Virus record (IMG/VR): IMGVR_UViG_3300045988_081423
Reading direction: 5' to 3' (one strand)
DNA length: 64,000 nucleotides
Source: a virus
Shown here: one piece after another, positions 18,178 through 27,747 of the stretch
How positions within the stretch are numbered: position 1 is the stretch's first letter
Layout: every line of letters begins with the position of its first letter
Notes under the pieces: generated by a model
What the model was told of the DNA's origin: nothing
Seen by the model: the letters and a program-made list of their open reading frames with translations, nothing else
Database searches by the model: none
Position numbers and translations under genes: made by a program

Positions 18178-18729
18178 ATGGGATTGAACAATATTAGTTT
18201 ATTTAATAATGAAATAGAAAATAAACCTGTTGAAGAACCAGACGCTCCACCAGAGCAAACACAACCTTCTGGAACTAACTTTAATGAGATTTATAAACTA
18301 TTTTTAATTTCATTACAAGATTATGAGCTAAAACGACTATTTAATGATAATCCAGAAGCAGCCGATGATTTGCTTATGTGCTTCTTACTAAGAGCCATTC
18401 CTCTTTTTATAAATTGTCAAAAAGATATTGAACAATATCATCAAAATGAATTAGGAGAATATGAATTTAACGACACATTGACATTAACAGAAAAGACTAT
18501 TCTTTCAGATTTAATGGTTCAATGTTGGCTTGATTTTATAATTTCTGATACTACTCAACTTGGTGGTTTGCAAGATACTGACTTCAAGCGTGAATCCGCT
18601 TCTAATAATTTAAAAGAAAAAGCAAATTATGCTGACAGATGGCGTGAGAAAACAAATCAAAAAATTATTAATTACGGCCTGAAAAATACCCCATTTGCTG
18701 AGTGGGCGGTGGGAAATTATGGACTTTAA
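18178..18729 (+). CDS. hypothetical head-tail connector-region protein
   Basis: AAAGGCGGTGA RBS, 183 aa. Positional call only. Confidence 0.45.
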   Translation: MGLNNISLFNNEIENKPVEEPDAPPEQTQPSGTNFNEIYKLFLISLQDYELKRLFNDNPEAADDLLMCFLLRAIPLFINCQKDIEQYHQNELGEYEFNDTLTLTEKTILSDLMVQCWLDFIISDTTQLGGLQDTDFKRESASNNLKEKANYADRWREKTNQKIINYGLKNTPFAEWAVGNYGL

Positions 18730-19021
18730 TGGAATTAATTTTTCTGACAAAGAAATTCAAGAGTATAAACAATCTGTAATCAATAAATTATTTGCAATTC
18801 TTGGAATTTTTGAGGATTGCGAAGCTATAGATGATTATTCCGGGTATACTGCTTACATCAAGAGGTTAACAAGGGAATTTAACGGGTTGTACAATATGTT
18901 CGGTATTGTAAATTTCCTTTCTATTGTTAGTATTCTTGAGGGTTCGCAAGTACCCATTGAACATTCAGAGGTTAAACAGCTAGTGTTCCATTGTATCTCT
19001 CTGGTCAAAAAGGCTAGGTGA
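18719..19021 (+). CDS. hypothetical neck-region protein
   Basis: ATG 18719 after GGTGGGAA, overlapping the previous stop. The track start 18695 is a TTG further upstream. Confidence 0.45.
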   Translation: MDFNGINFSDKEIQEYKQSVINKLFAILGIFEDCEAIDDYSGYTAYIKRLTREFNGLYNMFGIVNFLSIVSILEGSQVPIEHSEVKQLVFHCISLVKKAR

Positions 19022-19026
19022 TATAT

Positions 19027-20019
19027 ATGTCATACTATGATACTTTTATGAATGTTAATAAGCACCCTGCTCAAAGATGGAGAAATCAGCTTCAAGATAC
19101 GGTTGATAAGGTCTTTGAGAATGCGTCTACTTGGTGGGACGACGTATGGGAAGAAAAAAAATTTGGTTCTAATGGTCTTGAAACAATTACAACAGACGAA
19201 GAAAAAAGAGATGAGCTATTTAATAAAATAGATATCAGAATTACATCACTTGTTGATGCCAAAACCGGGCAGCGTGTAAACGATGACTATAAGAAATTAA
19301 TTTACAAAGATTTAGATTATAGGCCAAAGCTAGGACAGAGATATTTCTTTGATGATAATATCTGGATAATTTACTCAAGGGATAATATTCGCAAGAGTTC
19401 ATCTAGTGCTTATGTTAGACGTTGTAATAATACAATCAATACTCTAGCAGAGGACGAGAAAACAATCCATCGTGAGCCATGCTATATTGAGTATAAAATT
19501 ATTGAAGACCAAATTTCCACATCGGAAGTTATTGACGTAGCTAAAGATAAAATTGAAGTTGTTTGCCAGTATAACGATTGGACAAGTCAGTACAGAATTA
19601 ATACTCGTTTTATGTTAAATGGTGTAACATATAAGATTAGACAGTTTGTCAATTTCTTAAATATGAATACGTTCCAAGATAATCCGGGCTTGCTAAAATT
19701 CTATGCAGACTTTGAAAATTACAATGTCGCAGACAATCCCGAGAATGACTTGGCTAATGACGATAAAGAACCAAAAGAGCCGGAAGAATTTACTATTCTT
19801 TTAAATGGCTCGAAAACGTTTGTTCTTGATGGCGATAACTATACGTTTGAGTGCAACAAGGATGAAACAGTGTCTAAAGATTATTATTCTTTCACATTCA
19901 CAAATAACAGTTTCAAAATCAAAAACCATCATCAAAGTACCAATCCGCTTATTGTGAATTGTTACCAAGACGGCGTACTAATAAAAACGTTTAATATTAA
20001 ATTAGGAGGTGTTATATAG
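19027..20019 (+). CDS. hypothetical neck/tail-completion-region protein
   Basis: AGGTGA then ATG 19027. About 330 aa. Confidence 0.45.
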   Translation: MSYYDTFMNVNKHPAQRWRNQLQDTVDKVFENASTWWDDVWEEKKFGSNGLETITTDEEKRDELFNKIDIRITSLVDAKTGQRVNDDYKKLIYKDLDYRPKLGQRYFFDDNIWIIYSRDNIRKSSSSAYVRRCNNTINTLAEDEKTIHREPCYIEYKIIEDQISTSEVIDVAKDKIEVVCQYNDWTSQYRINTRFMLNGVTYKIRQFVNFLNMNTFQDNPGLLKFYADFENYNVADNPENDLANDDKEPKEPEEFTILLNGSKTFVLDGDNYTFECNKDETVSKDYYSFTFTNNSFKIKNHHQSTNPLIVNCYQDGVLIKTFNIKLGGVI

Positions 20020-20634
20020 TTGTATTACGAAGAGCTTAGTCCTATCGTTTTCGCAGTTATTTATAACAGACTTCTAAGAAGTGAACGTTTGGTTAGGTTG
20101 TTGACTTGTTACAAGCGAAATACTTCTCCTTATCTTGATAAATCTTTTGACAAAGAGATTGATAGAATTGGTGGCGTAAATAATCTCGTTTATATGGGGC
20201 AAGACCTAGATAAATGCACAGACGTCCATATTTATCCACTAGAGCATATTCCTGACGCAAAATTAGACCAAAAGACATATTTAACTGTAACACTTAATGG
20301 TGGGTACACCACAGAGGTCGCACAGTATAAAAAAGTTGTTGTGTGTGTTGATGTGGTAGTTCACGATGAGCAAAGCGTTATTCTGTCTGATAATCCCGAC
20401 TATCCGATAGCTTATCGTCTTTACGATATCGTGCATGAAATTGATGCAATCATTAATGACAAAAGGCTGGAAGACTTTTCTCCCGGACGTATGAGCCTAA
20501 TAGGATTTCAACGTCGTTATTATAATGGTTATTTTAATGGTTTGCAGCTTCAATATCAACTAACACTAAACAGCACAATTGGTTGTGATGGTGGTTCTAC
20601 AAATCTACTACCTAAATTTATTCTAAAAAATTGA
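20020..20634 (+). CDS. hypothetical neck-region protein
   Basis: GGAGGTG RBS with TTG start 20020. 204 aa. Confidence 0.45.
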   Translation: MYYEELSPIVFAVIYNRLLRSERLVRLLTCYKRNTSPYLDKSFDKEIDRIGGVNNLVYMGQDLDKCTDVHIYPLEHIPDAKLDQKTYLTVTLNGGYTTEVAQYKKVVVCVDVVVHDEQSVILSDNPDYPIAYRLYDIVHEIDAIINDKRLEDFSPGRMSLIGFQRRYYNGYFNGLQLQYQLTLNSTIGCDGGSTNLLPKFILKN

Positions 20635-21515
20635 ACGCTTTACAGTTGTATAGCGGGAGACCGCTAAAATTAGCAGAAAACGTATATGTAGAACACCCAA
20701 AAGTTAATAAATTATTTAGCGACGATGTGGGAAAAGATGTCTATAGTGAATATATGAAAAATCTGACTCTTATTATTACGCAGTCGAAAGACATTGCTGA
20801 TATTTTATGGGTTGAAAATAAGATATGGTATGAAGATATCAAAAGCGAATACGAGTTTTTCATTCAAGAATGTCTAGCGGATAGCACATCAAATAATGTT
20901 TTTATTAGAGATGGTGAACTTGTCTCAGAAAAGGACGAAGAGTGTATCGTTATCAATAATGATATGTCTAATGCGCTTAATTACTTTTTAAATTTGGATG
21001 GTAAGTGGATTGTACTAGGCAGAACCATTGGAGGAAACACACAAATATTCCTTTTGAGCGTTAAATGTGAAAATGATAAGTTATATATAGAGTCTGATTC
21101 TGTTAAATTTAACGAACAGACTTATCATATATTGGTAGAATATTTAAAAGATGTAAATTGGATTCATCCTAAATATGAATTTCTTAAAGGTGCCACCAAA
21201 AAAGCGAAAAAAATAATCTTACAAAGGAACTATGAAGAAAGAGAGTACGAGGCAAGAAAAAATAAAAGCAGAGATAAAGAACAAGAAGATTTTCAATGTA
21301 TATTATCTTGTCTCGTAACTTTTAAAATATTTTCATACGAAGAACTTTTCAGCAAACCAATATATGTGATTTACGATTCGTATTTTAGATATATTCAAGC
21401 TGACAATTATAGAAATACAATGGATGCTTTACACTCCGGGTGTATTGATACAAAGAAAACCCCGATTGATATAAATAAAATTCATTGGTCTTCTATTATA
21501 AATAATGAAAGTTAA
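20631..21515 (+). CDS. hypothetical protein
   Basis: Overlaps the previous stop by 4 nt (TTGA coupling). 294 aa. Confidence 0.4.
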   Translation: MNALQLYSGRPLKLAENVYVEHPKVNKLFSDDVGKDVYSEYMKNLTLIITQSKDIADILWVENKIWYEDIKSEYEFFIQECLADSTSNNVFIRDGELVSEKDEECIVINNDMSNALNYFLNLDGKWIVLGRTIGGNTQIFLLSVKCENDKLYIESDSVKFNEQTYHILVEYLKDVNWIHPKYEFLKGATKKAKKIILQRNYEEREYEARKNKSRDKEQEDFQCILSCLVTFKIFSYEELFSKPIYVIYDSYFRYIQADNYRNTMDALHSGCIDTKKTPIDINKIHWSSIINNES

Positions 21516-21536
21516 TTATTTAAGGAGGAAATAGTT

Positions 21537-22391
21537 ATGGCAAAAGGAACACCTAAGAACTTTGTTATTCAACAGGTGTATGAAATTCTAATGCAGAAGC
21601 CATCTGATGAAAGCATCATTGGATACTTAAAGCATTGCAAGACTTCTAGCATTGAGAATACACAAGAGATGGTGTACCCTAGTGGCGGCAAGGGTAACTC
21701 CTATATCGGTCGTGGCTTTGGGCACTCAAAGCACGCTACCTTTAATATTGAAAGTGCAACTTGGAATACTGATGTGCTTGCAGCACAGAATGGTACTGAC
21801 GTTGTTATGGGCGAGACCACTTATACTAAGTATGTTCAGATTGACCTAAAGGAAGGTACTACTGAGTATGAACTGGAACTGCCAGCAGTAAAAAAGACCG
21901 GCGCAACTCTGTATATCGGCACTATTTATGGTACTCAAAAAGATGGTGACTATATAAAGGTTTTAACCGAGGATAGCGCAGCCTCTACTGGCAAGTTTAG
22001 TTATACCGCAGAGGTTACTACTAGTCCCGCTAAAAAGGCTAAGATTACTCTTGACGATAGCGATGTAACTGCAATGATTGGAACTCTTGGCTGTACTAAG
22101 ATATCTATGGCTTATACCATTAAGTCTAAGGCAACAGCACAGCGTATTAATATCAAGACTAATACAATGCCCGATACCGCACTAGTAACTGCCTATGGTC
22201 TAGTTGCAGATATTTGTGATGGTAGCTTGTATCCCTGTATCGTTCATGGCATGGCTCAGATTGATGGTAACTGGACTTGGGATTTAACTGCTGACGGAGG
22301 CCCAGCCGTGCATAATATCTCTATGGAGTTTGTTGCTGGTTGTGAATCTGACGACCTGTATTCTATTATTATTGATACTGACGAAGAGTAA
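21537..22391 (+). CDS. major tail (tube) protein (putative)
   Basis: TAAGGAGG RBS, 284 aa, followed by a strong terminator, upstream of the chaperone/TMP region. Confidence 0.55.
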   Translation: MAKGTPKNFVIQQVYEILMQKPSDESIIGYLKHCKTSSIENTQEMVYPSGGKGNSYIGRGFGHSKHATFNIESATWNTDVLAAQNGTDVVMGETTYTKYVQIDLKEGTTEYELELPAVKKTGATLYIGTIYGTQKDGDYIKVLTEDSAASTGKFSYTAEVTTSPAKKAKITLDDSDVTAMIGTLGCTKISMAYTIKSKATAQRINIKTNTMPDTALVTAYGLVADICDGSLYPCIVHGMAQIDGNWTWDLTADGGPAVHNISMEFVAGCESDDLYSIIIDTDEE

Positions 22392-22403
22392 TTCTTTACA
22401 ATT

Positions 22404-22442
22404 AAATGTAGGTAACGTATTAACGTTACCTACATTTTCTAT
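22404..22442 (+). terminator. rho-independent terminator after the tail tube gene
   Basis: AAATGTAGGTAACGT / ACGTTACCTACATTT forms a 15-bp stem with loop ATTA and a T-rich tail. Confidence 0.75.
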
Positions 22443-22470
22443 ATTTAAAATTTTATGAAAGGAGGATTTT

Positions 22471-24093
22471 ATGGCTTATGATGTAAGTAAGAAAATAAAC
22501 GTAGGTTTGGCAAAAATATATGTTCATCTTACCGATTCTCTATACCTCCGAAAAATTGATGCACAAAAAGAGTATCTTTCCTTATCTGGTGGTACTCTGA
22601 CAGGTGATACAACATTAGATAATAGCTCATTGTATCTCAAGAAAAATTCCAATGTATCTAAATTTAGTCAAAACTCAAATAATAACCTAGATATTTATAG
22701 TGATAAAAATATACAGTTCAGTACAAATGGTTCTACCTATTTCGTTGCAAATCCAAGCTATATATCTTTAGAAAATAAGCACAATAATGTGTCTGTCGAA
22801 CTTGTAAACGAAGACGGCTCTGGTTCTCCTTATGGTGGGCTTACAATTTACAGTACCAAAAACGGAGTCCCTGAGATGACAAGTGCCATTAGCTCTGGCT
22901 ATATAAATGAAACTCCGTACCAAGATTTTACAGTTGAAGATGGTGGTCTTTTTTCTTGGAATGTCGTTGACGGAGATAATATAAACGGCGTTGCAAAGAT
23001 TGACAAGGGTGGATTGACGTTATCAAACCCAGACTCAACTTCTGGTAAGTTTTCTATGCTTAAATTTGAGAGTGGAAACAATGGATTTGTATCTATATTT
23101 AGCCCAGAAGAGAATACGCTGACACTATCTGCTTCGGATTGTATTATGCTAAATAATAATCTGGGCATTTCCGATACGGCTGTTATGTTATATCAAGAAA
23201 ACAAAATTCATTTTGATGGAGGTCACGATAATGGTGTGGTTATGTACAGTAAAACAGGGTCACACGAACTAAGTATCGACTTAGAAGATAAGCATTTTGT
23301 GATTAACAAAGATGGGTTTAGCGGAAACGCAAATACAGCAACATCGGCATTGAAATTGTCCCAAGAAAGAACTGTAAATGGTGGCACGGACATCATGTTA
23401 AATTACAAATATGATGGGAGTAATGATTCTGAGGCAGAAGTAGGTTTTTACGCTTGTAATGCAAAAGTTGGCAATCAAAATAACTATCCATATCATCGTA
23501 TTGCAAGAATTGACCTGACATCGGAGAATTATAAAGATTGGTCAACAACCCTATACATTTCTCAGGGATATCTCGGTGGAGGCTTTGGCATTTGTAGAAT
23601 TGCGATGAGAACTAATGGTACTGGCGCTAGGTCTGGCGTTGAAGTAAAATGGCTTGCAAGAAACAATCTCTCTACAGACTTCGTTCAAATTGCGGTTGAT
23701 GATACTATTAATGCGACATACGCAGATGTGTTTGTAAAGATTGAATCTTCTTATGCATCTACTACAATCAGAGCTTTTGCGTCTGAATCTCGTGGGTTTA
23801 TCAAGAGAACATGGGTTCTCGTTGAATCTGAGGAAGTGGACAACACTACAGAAGATTCTAAAAATGGCTCTGTTGAATGTTATAAATCAATTTCCGATGC
23901 TGGAAATGAAATTCATAATGCACAATATACAGCTATTATAACCGGAAGTGATACGATGGCTGAGAGGGCAAATCGTGACTCTAACGGGCAACATATAGCG
24001 TCTACTTATATTACAAAGATTGAATTGTCTGGCGAAAATACGCTTAAAATTACTTATGGAGACGGTCACCATGATACGGTGGTCGTACAATAA
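22471..24093 (+). CDS. tail fibre protein
   Basis: Carries typical fibre motifs: LSLSGGTLTGDTTL, and GNANTATSALKLSQERTVNGGTDIMLNYKYDGS. 540 aa. Confidence 0.65.
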   Translation: MAYDVSKKINVGLAKIYVHLTDSLYLRKIDAQKEYLSLSGGTLTGDTTLDNSSLYLKKNSNVSKFSQNSNNNLDIYSDKNIQFSTNGSTYFVANPSYISLENKHNNVSVELVNEDGSGSPYGGLTIYSTKNGVPEMTSAISSGYINETPYQDFTVEDGGLFSWNVVDGDNINGVAKIDKGGLTLSNPDSTSGKFSMLKFESGNNGFVSIFSPEENTLTLSASDCIMLNNNLGISDTAVMLYQENKIHFDGGHDNGVVMYSKTGSHELSIDLEDKHFVINKDGFSGNANTATSALKLSQERTVNGGTDIMLNYKYDGSNDSEAEVGFYACNAKVGNQNNYPYHRIARIDLTSENYKDWSTTLYISQGYLGGGFGICRIAMRTNGTGARSGVEVKWLARNNLSTDFVQIAVDDTINATYADVFVKIESSYASTTIRAFASESRGFIKRTWVLVESEEVDNTTEDSKNGSVECYKSISDAGNEIHNAQYTAIITGSDTMAERANRDSNGQHIASTYITKIELSGENTLKITYGDGHHDTVVVQ

Positions 24094-24119
24094 ATGGAAT
24101 ATAGGAAGGGGAATTTATT

Positions 24120-24449
24120 ATGATGGAAGCTATGACTCCTGTTATCGTTAATCTGGTTCGTATTGTTATTGCGGGCGGTTTCGCACTGCTTTGCAAATCT
24201 ATTATCCCTGCTGTAACCCCTTGGTTGAAGCAGGTCGGCCTATATCAGGTTATCCGTTACTTTGTAAATGCGGCTGAAAAGATGGCTGCTACCAACCAGA
24301 TTCCAAAGGAAGCAAAGAAACAATGGGTAAAAGATATCCTCGCAAAGGTCGGTATTGAAGACAACGAGATTGTAGATGCTCTTATTGAGGGCGCTGTCGA
24401 AGAGCTAGACAATCAGAAAGGTAAAGTTGGGGACGCTTTTAATAAGTAA
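24120..24449 (+). CDS. LL-H-type holin-like membrane protein
   Basis: N-terminal TM segment VIVNLVRIVIAGGFALLC, then AAEKMA..KEAKKQWVKDILAKVGIEDNEIVDALIEGAVEEL, an architecture resembling the LL-H holin family. Confidence 0.45.
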   Translation: MMEAMTPVIVNLVRIVIAGGFALLCKSIIPAVTPWLKQVGLYQVIRYFVNAAEKMAATNQIPKEAKKQWVKDILAKVGIEDNEIVDALIEGAVEELDNQKGKVGDAFNK

Positions 24450-24475
24450 TTCCTTGTTAAATTTAAGGGACAAAA

Positions 24476-24910
24476 ATGAAACATAATAGAATTTGCGCTT
24501 ATTGTGGACGCTCTTATTATGTTTGTCTGTCTTGCGTTTCTGTTGGTTCATATAAGAACTCCTATTGTTCTGAGGATTGCTTTCGCAGAAGCGTAATGGA
24601 CAATAAGGGCTTTCAACCAATAATTATAGAAGGAGAAGAAATGAAGACTTTATTAAGAGGCAAACTCGCCAACTCTGATATCTTTGTTGATATTGTAGGC
24701 TACGACTTAGAGCTTGGTAAATTTGATTGCCATGATGGGATTACTCGTACTCCTGGCGATTTTAGATATTTCGTTGTTCCTTGTGATGAAATGAAAAACA
24801 TCAACAAGTATGTGTCTGAATTAAACGAGAAAAAGGCTAAGACTTCTGGTCGTACTTCTACCCAGAAGAAGACTGAAACAGAAAAGCCGAAGCATGAGAT
24901 TAAGCCTTAA
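24476..24910 (+). CDS. Cys-rich (Zn-ribbon-like) protein, function unknown
   Basis: CAYCGRSYYVCLSC....YCSEDC at the N-terminus, with a Lys-rich tail. Confidence 0.45.
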   Translation: MKHNRICAYCGRSYYVCLSCVSVGSYKNSYCSEDCFRRSVMDNKGFQPIIIEGEEMKTLLRGKLANSDIFVDIVGYDLELGKFDCHDGITRTPGDFRYFVVPCDEMKNINKYVSELNEKKAKTSGRTSTQKKTETEKPKHEIKP

Positions 24911-24925
24911 ATTGTAGAATACTCG

Positions 24926-24978
24926 AAAATGAGCTATTTATCCGTATATTTATGGATTTTTAGCTCATTTTCATTTTT
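24926..24978 (+). terminator. long hairpin plus T-run (a terminator, or possibly a recombinase site)
   Basis: AAAATGAGCTA / TAGCTCATTTT are perfect 11-bp arms around 24 nt that hold a nested ATCC/GGAT stem, followed by CATTTTT. Confidence 0.5.
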
Positions 24979-25093
24979 AGATGTATGACAATGAAAGTGA
25001 AATTTTATTGCTAAATAAAGTTCTGTAAACATGGGGATTTTTAAGGGTGGGTTGTGGTTGTTTACAGGATTTCGGATTGAAAGGGATAAAAAT

Positions 25094-25516
25094 ATGGATA
25101 AATGTTTCAAAATGTATATCAAAGATGTTACACACGAACAGCTAATTGGTGTATATGACTCTAAAAATTTAAACGTGAAGAGTTTATATACATCTGTAAC
25201 AAATGATGAAAATAGTTTTACTCTAACTTTTTCAGACGACCAACTTGTTGAATATCTACAATTTAACAAGAATATTATGCTACGGTTTATTATCATTTAT
25301 GAACAGTATTGTTTTAATCTGCCCGACCCGATGTATCGTCTTGAAAAGTATAGCACAATCAATTATTATCTGTCAAGAGATGATAACCCAGCAGATGAAA
25401 AATATTGGGAATTGATGCTAAATAATGTCGTAAAAAGTAATCGCAACGAATATTTCTTTACTGAAAATGGCAGGAAGCCGGAGATTAACATTGATGAATG
25501 TTGGAAAGATTTTTGA
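25094..25516 (+). CDS. hypothetical protein
   Basis: AAAGGGA then ATG 25094. 140 aa. Confidence 0.4.
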   Translation: MDKCFKMYIKDVTHEQLIGVYDSKNLNVKSLYTSVTNDENSFTLTFSDDQLVEYLQFNKNIMLRFIIIYEQYCFNLPDPMYRLEKYSTINYYLSRDDNPADEKYWELMLNNVVKSNRNEYFFTENGRKPEINIDECWKDF

Positions 25517-26036
25517 ACAAAAGTTCAAAGAGAGTATTCCTAAAGATGTGGCAGTAATTAGACTGCATGATAGCGCAAGTGGTTTTGGACAAGATAGTAG
25601 GTCAACAAGATTTTCTATGAAATCTCCGTTTGACTTTATCTTGTTCAAAACTCCTTGTATGTATTGTTTAGAACTAAAATCAACAGACAAGAAAAGTTTT
25701 TCTTTTGAACGTGAGAAACCAACGAAAGAAAATCCTACTAAACGAGAAATTCATTGGCATCAAATTCAAGCTCTTACTGAGTATAATAAATATTGTAATT
25801 GTATATGTGGTTTTGTGTTAGACTTTAGAAATGATGGAACTTATTTCTTGAGTATCAAAGATTTTAATAAATTTAAAGAAGAATCAACTAAGGTTTCAAT
25901 AAATATTCAGGACTGTATTGCGCATGGTGCTGTTCAAATAGATAAAAAATTAAAAAAGAAATATTATAGCTACGATGTGGCAAAGTTATTAGATAAGATT
26001 GGAAGTGACGAAATTGGGAAGAAGAACCGTATATAA
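25494..26036 (+). CDS. RecU-like PD-(D/E)xK Holliday-junction resolvase (putative)
   Basis: SPFDFILFKTP..YCLELKST...IHWHQIQAL matches the RecU-type D..E.K..hQ motif order. ATG 25494 is preferred over 25467. Confidence 0.5.
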   Translation: MNVGKIFEQKFKESIPKDVAVIRLHDSASGFGQDSRSTRFSMKSPFDFILFKTPCMYCLELKSTDKKSFSFEREKPTKENPTKREIHWHQIQALTEYNKYCNCICGFVLDFRNDGTYFLSIKDFNKFKEESTKVSINIQDCIAHGAVQIDKKLKKKYYSYDVAKLLDKIGSDEIGKKNRI

Positions 26037-27057
26037 TAGGATTTATACAGAAGAAATTTGGGCAAAGGTTAACGAAGACAATAAAAACTTGTTGAAAGAT
26101 TATCTTGCATATAAGACTACTGGCGGTCGTTCTCCACAGACGATTTATCAATATGAACAAATGATTCGTCTGTTTTTCTGTTGGAATTATTTGCATAATA
26201 AAGACACGTTCTTTGTAGATTTGAAGAAGCGGCAACTCGTTAGTTTCTTTAATTACGCAATCACAGAAATGGGATGGTCTAGTAATAGAATCTCTACTAT
26301 TAAATCATCTCTATCTTCTATGTCAGATTATATTGAAAATGTTCTTGATGATGAGTTTCCTGATTTTAGAAATATTGTTGTCAAACTGGAAACTCCTGTA
26401 AAGCAGACTGTTCGTGAAAAGACTGTTATGAGCGAAGAGCAGATTCAAGATTGTCTTGACAAACTAGTTGCTGCTAAACGATATCAGGCTGCTTGCTATC
26501 TTGCACTTGCCGTTAGTTGCGGTGCGAGAAAAGCAGAGCTTATTCAGTTTAAGACAAACTGGTTTACTGATGAAAATATTGTTTATGGCTGTATGTGGAA
26601 AACACCTGAACAGATTCGTACTAAAGGGCATGGTAAACAGGGCAAGTTGCTCTATAAGTTTACCTTTATTAAGTCATTTAAACCATATTATGAGATGTGG
26701 ATGAAATATCGTAAAGAAAATAATATCGAAAGCGAATGGTTGTTTATTGTGAAAAATGATGATGACACTTATCGTCAAGCAAGTATTTCAACAGCAGATA
26801 GTATTTGCAGAACAATCTCAGCCTTTATGAATACGGATTTCTATAGTCACTGCTGTAGGCATCGTTACGTTACTATGATGAAAGAATCTAAACTGCCAGA
26901 CGATGTTATTATTGCTCTTGTGGGCTGGGAAGCTGGGTCAGGAGGGGCTATGTGCGCAACTTATTGCGATTTAGACACCGCCGACACACTTGGTGATTAT
27001 TTTGATGAGAACGGTATTAAGCAAGATATTAAAACTGGTACTCTGAATGATATTTAA
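25999..27057 (+). CDS. tyrosine recombinase (phage integrase/Xer family)
   Basis: N-terminal SAM-like core-binding domain. Catalytic-type motifs: GARKAEL (Arg), HCCRHRYVT (H-x-x-R), LVGWEAGSGGAMCATYCD (Tyr). Non-ATG start, either TTG 25999 or TTG 26017. Confidence 0.75.
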   Translation: MEVTKLGRRTVYNRIYTEEIWAKVNEDNKNLLKDYLAYKTTGGRSPQTIYQYEQMIRLFFCWNYLHNKDTFFVDLKKRQLVSFFNYAITEMGWSSNRISTIKSSLSSMSDYIENVLDDEFPDFRNIVVKLETPVKQTVREKTVMSEEQIQDCLDKLVAAKRYQAACYLALAVSCGARKAELIQFKTNWFTDENIVYGCMWKTPEQIRTKGHGKQGKLLYKFTFIKSFKPYYEMWMKYRKENNIESEWLFIVKNDDDTYRQASISTADSICRTISAFMNTDFYSHCCRHRYVTMMKESKLPDDVIIALVGWEAGSGGAMCATYCDLDTADTLGDYFDENGIKQDIKTGTLNDI

Positions 27058-27078
27058 GGATTAAAAGGAGTTGAAATT

Positions 27079-27747
27079 ATGACACTAAAGACTGTTATTG
27101 ATAAACTAAACCAATACAAAAACAAGCTGATTAATAAAGAATCTCTTGACGGTTGGCTATTTGAGAATATCAATATTACTAATTATATTTCTATTGGTAA
27201 TAAGTACGCTTATATCCACAAGATTAATGAAATTTTCTCAGAAGAGATTGCTGAGATTCTAAGCAATAAACTAGATATTGAACTTGTATTTATGCGTTAT
27301 GATATGCACGTCTTGTTTGATATTCTTCTTAAATATACCGATATTGAAGTAGCAAAGGAGGATAAGTCTCCTGAGTATTATGATATTATGGTAGAAGCTG
27401 AATTTGACCGTTATCTAAAACTATCCATTGGTAATGATTGCATTAAATTTATGGATGCTTTTGAGAAGGCTTCTGGCATTAACGAAATTAATACTATGAA
27501 TATTATTAAGGGTGCTATTGACAATAATATTACTCAGGATAAGATTGACGCTCTTGATAAGGTATTTAAGAAGCTAAATACTAAGAAGAATAAAGACTTC
27601 ATAGAAGATGTAATGGCATACTCAAACCCTGCCGTTAAGGAACTAATGGACGGTATGCGTAAGTCCGCTATGGAAGATGCTAATAAGAAAATGAAGGAGA
27701 AATATTCTAAGCCGGACGGTGATTCAAATGGCAAAACAAACAGTTGA
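27079..27747 (+). CDS. hypothetical protein (tail assembly chaperone position)
   Basis: AAAGGAG RBS, 222 aa, acidic, just upstream of the TMP. Positional call only. Confidence 0.35.
   Translation: MTLKTVIDKLNQYKNKLINKESLDGWLFENINITNYISIGNKYAYIHKINEIFSEEIAEILSNKLDIELVFMRYDMHVLFDILLKYTDIEVAKEDKSPEYYDIMVEAEFDRYLKLSIGNDCIKFMDAFEKASGINEINTMNIIKGAIDNNITQDKIDALDKVFKKLNTKKNKDFIEDVMAYSNPAVKELMDGMRKSAMEDANKKMKEKYSKPDGDSNGKTNS

Noticed and set aside
24079-24092. The 14-mer GGTGGTCGTACAAT at the end of the fibre gene. It combines 10 nt found at the right flank of the IscB unit (GGTGGTCGTA, 2941-2950) with 10 nt of its left hairpin (GTCGTACAAT, 1311-1320). It could be an empty-site-like or guide-target sequence.
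   Set aside because: The matches are only 10 nt each and share the 6-mer GTCGTA, so chance cannot be excluded. It would become interesting only if the mapped omega-RNA guide matches this site with a proper TAM.
24934-25296. A 120-aa minus-strand ORF in the recombinase islet.
   Set aside because: It overlaps the hairpin/terminator and the plus-strand ORF 25094-25516. The sequence is low-complexity and there is no RBS.
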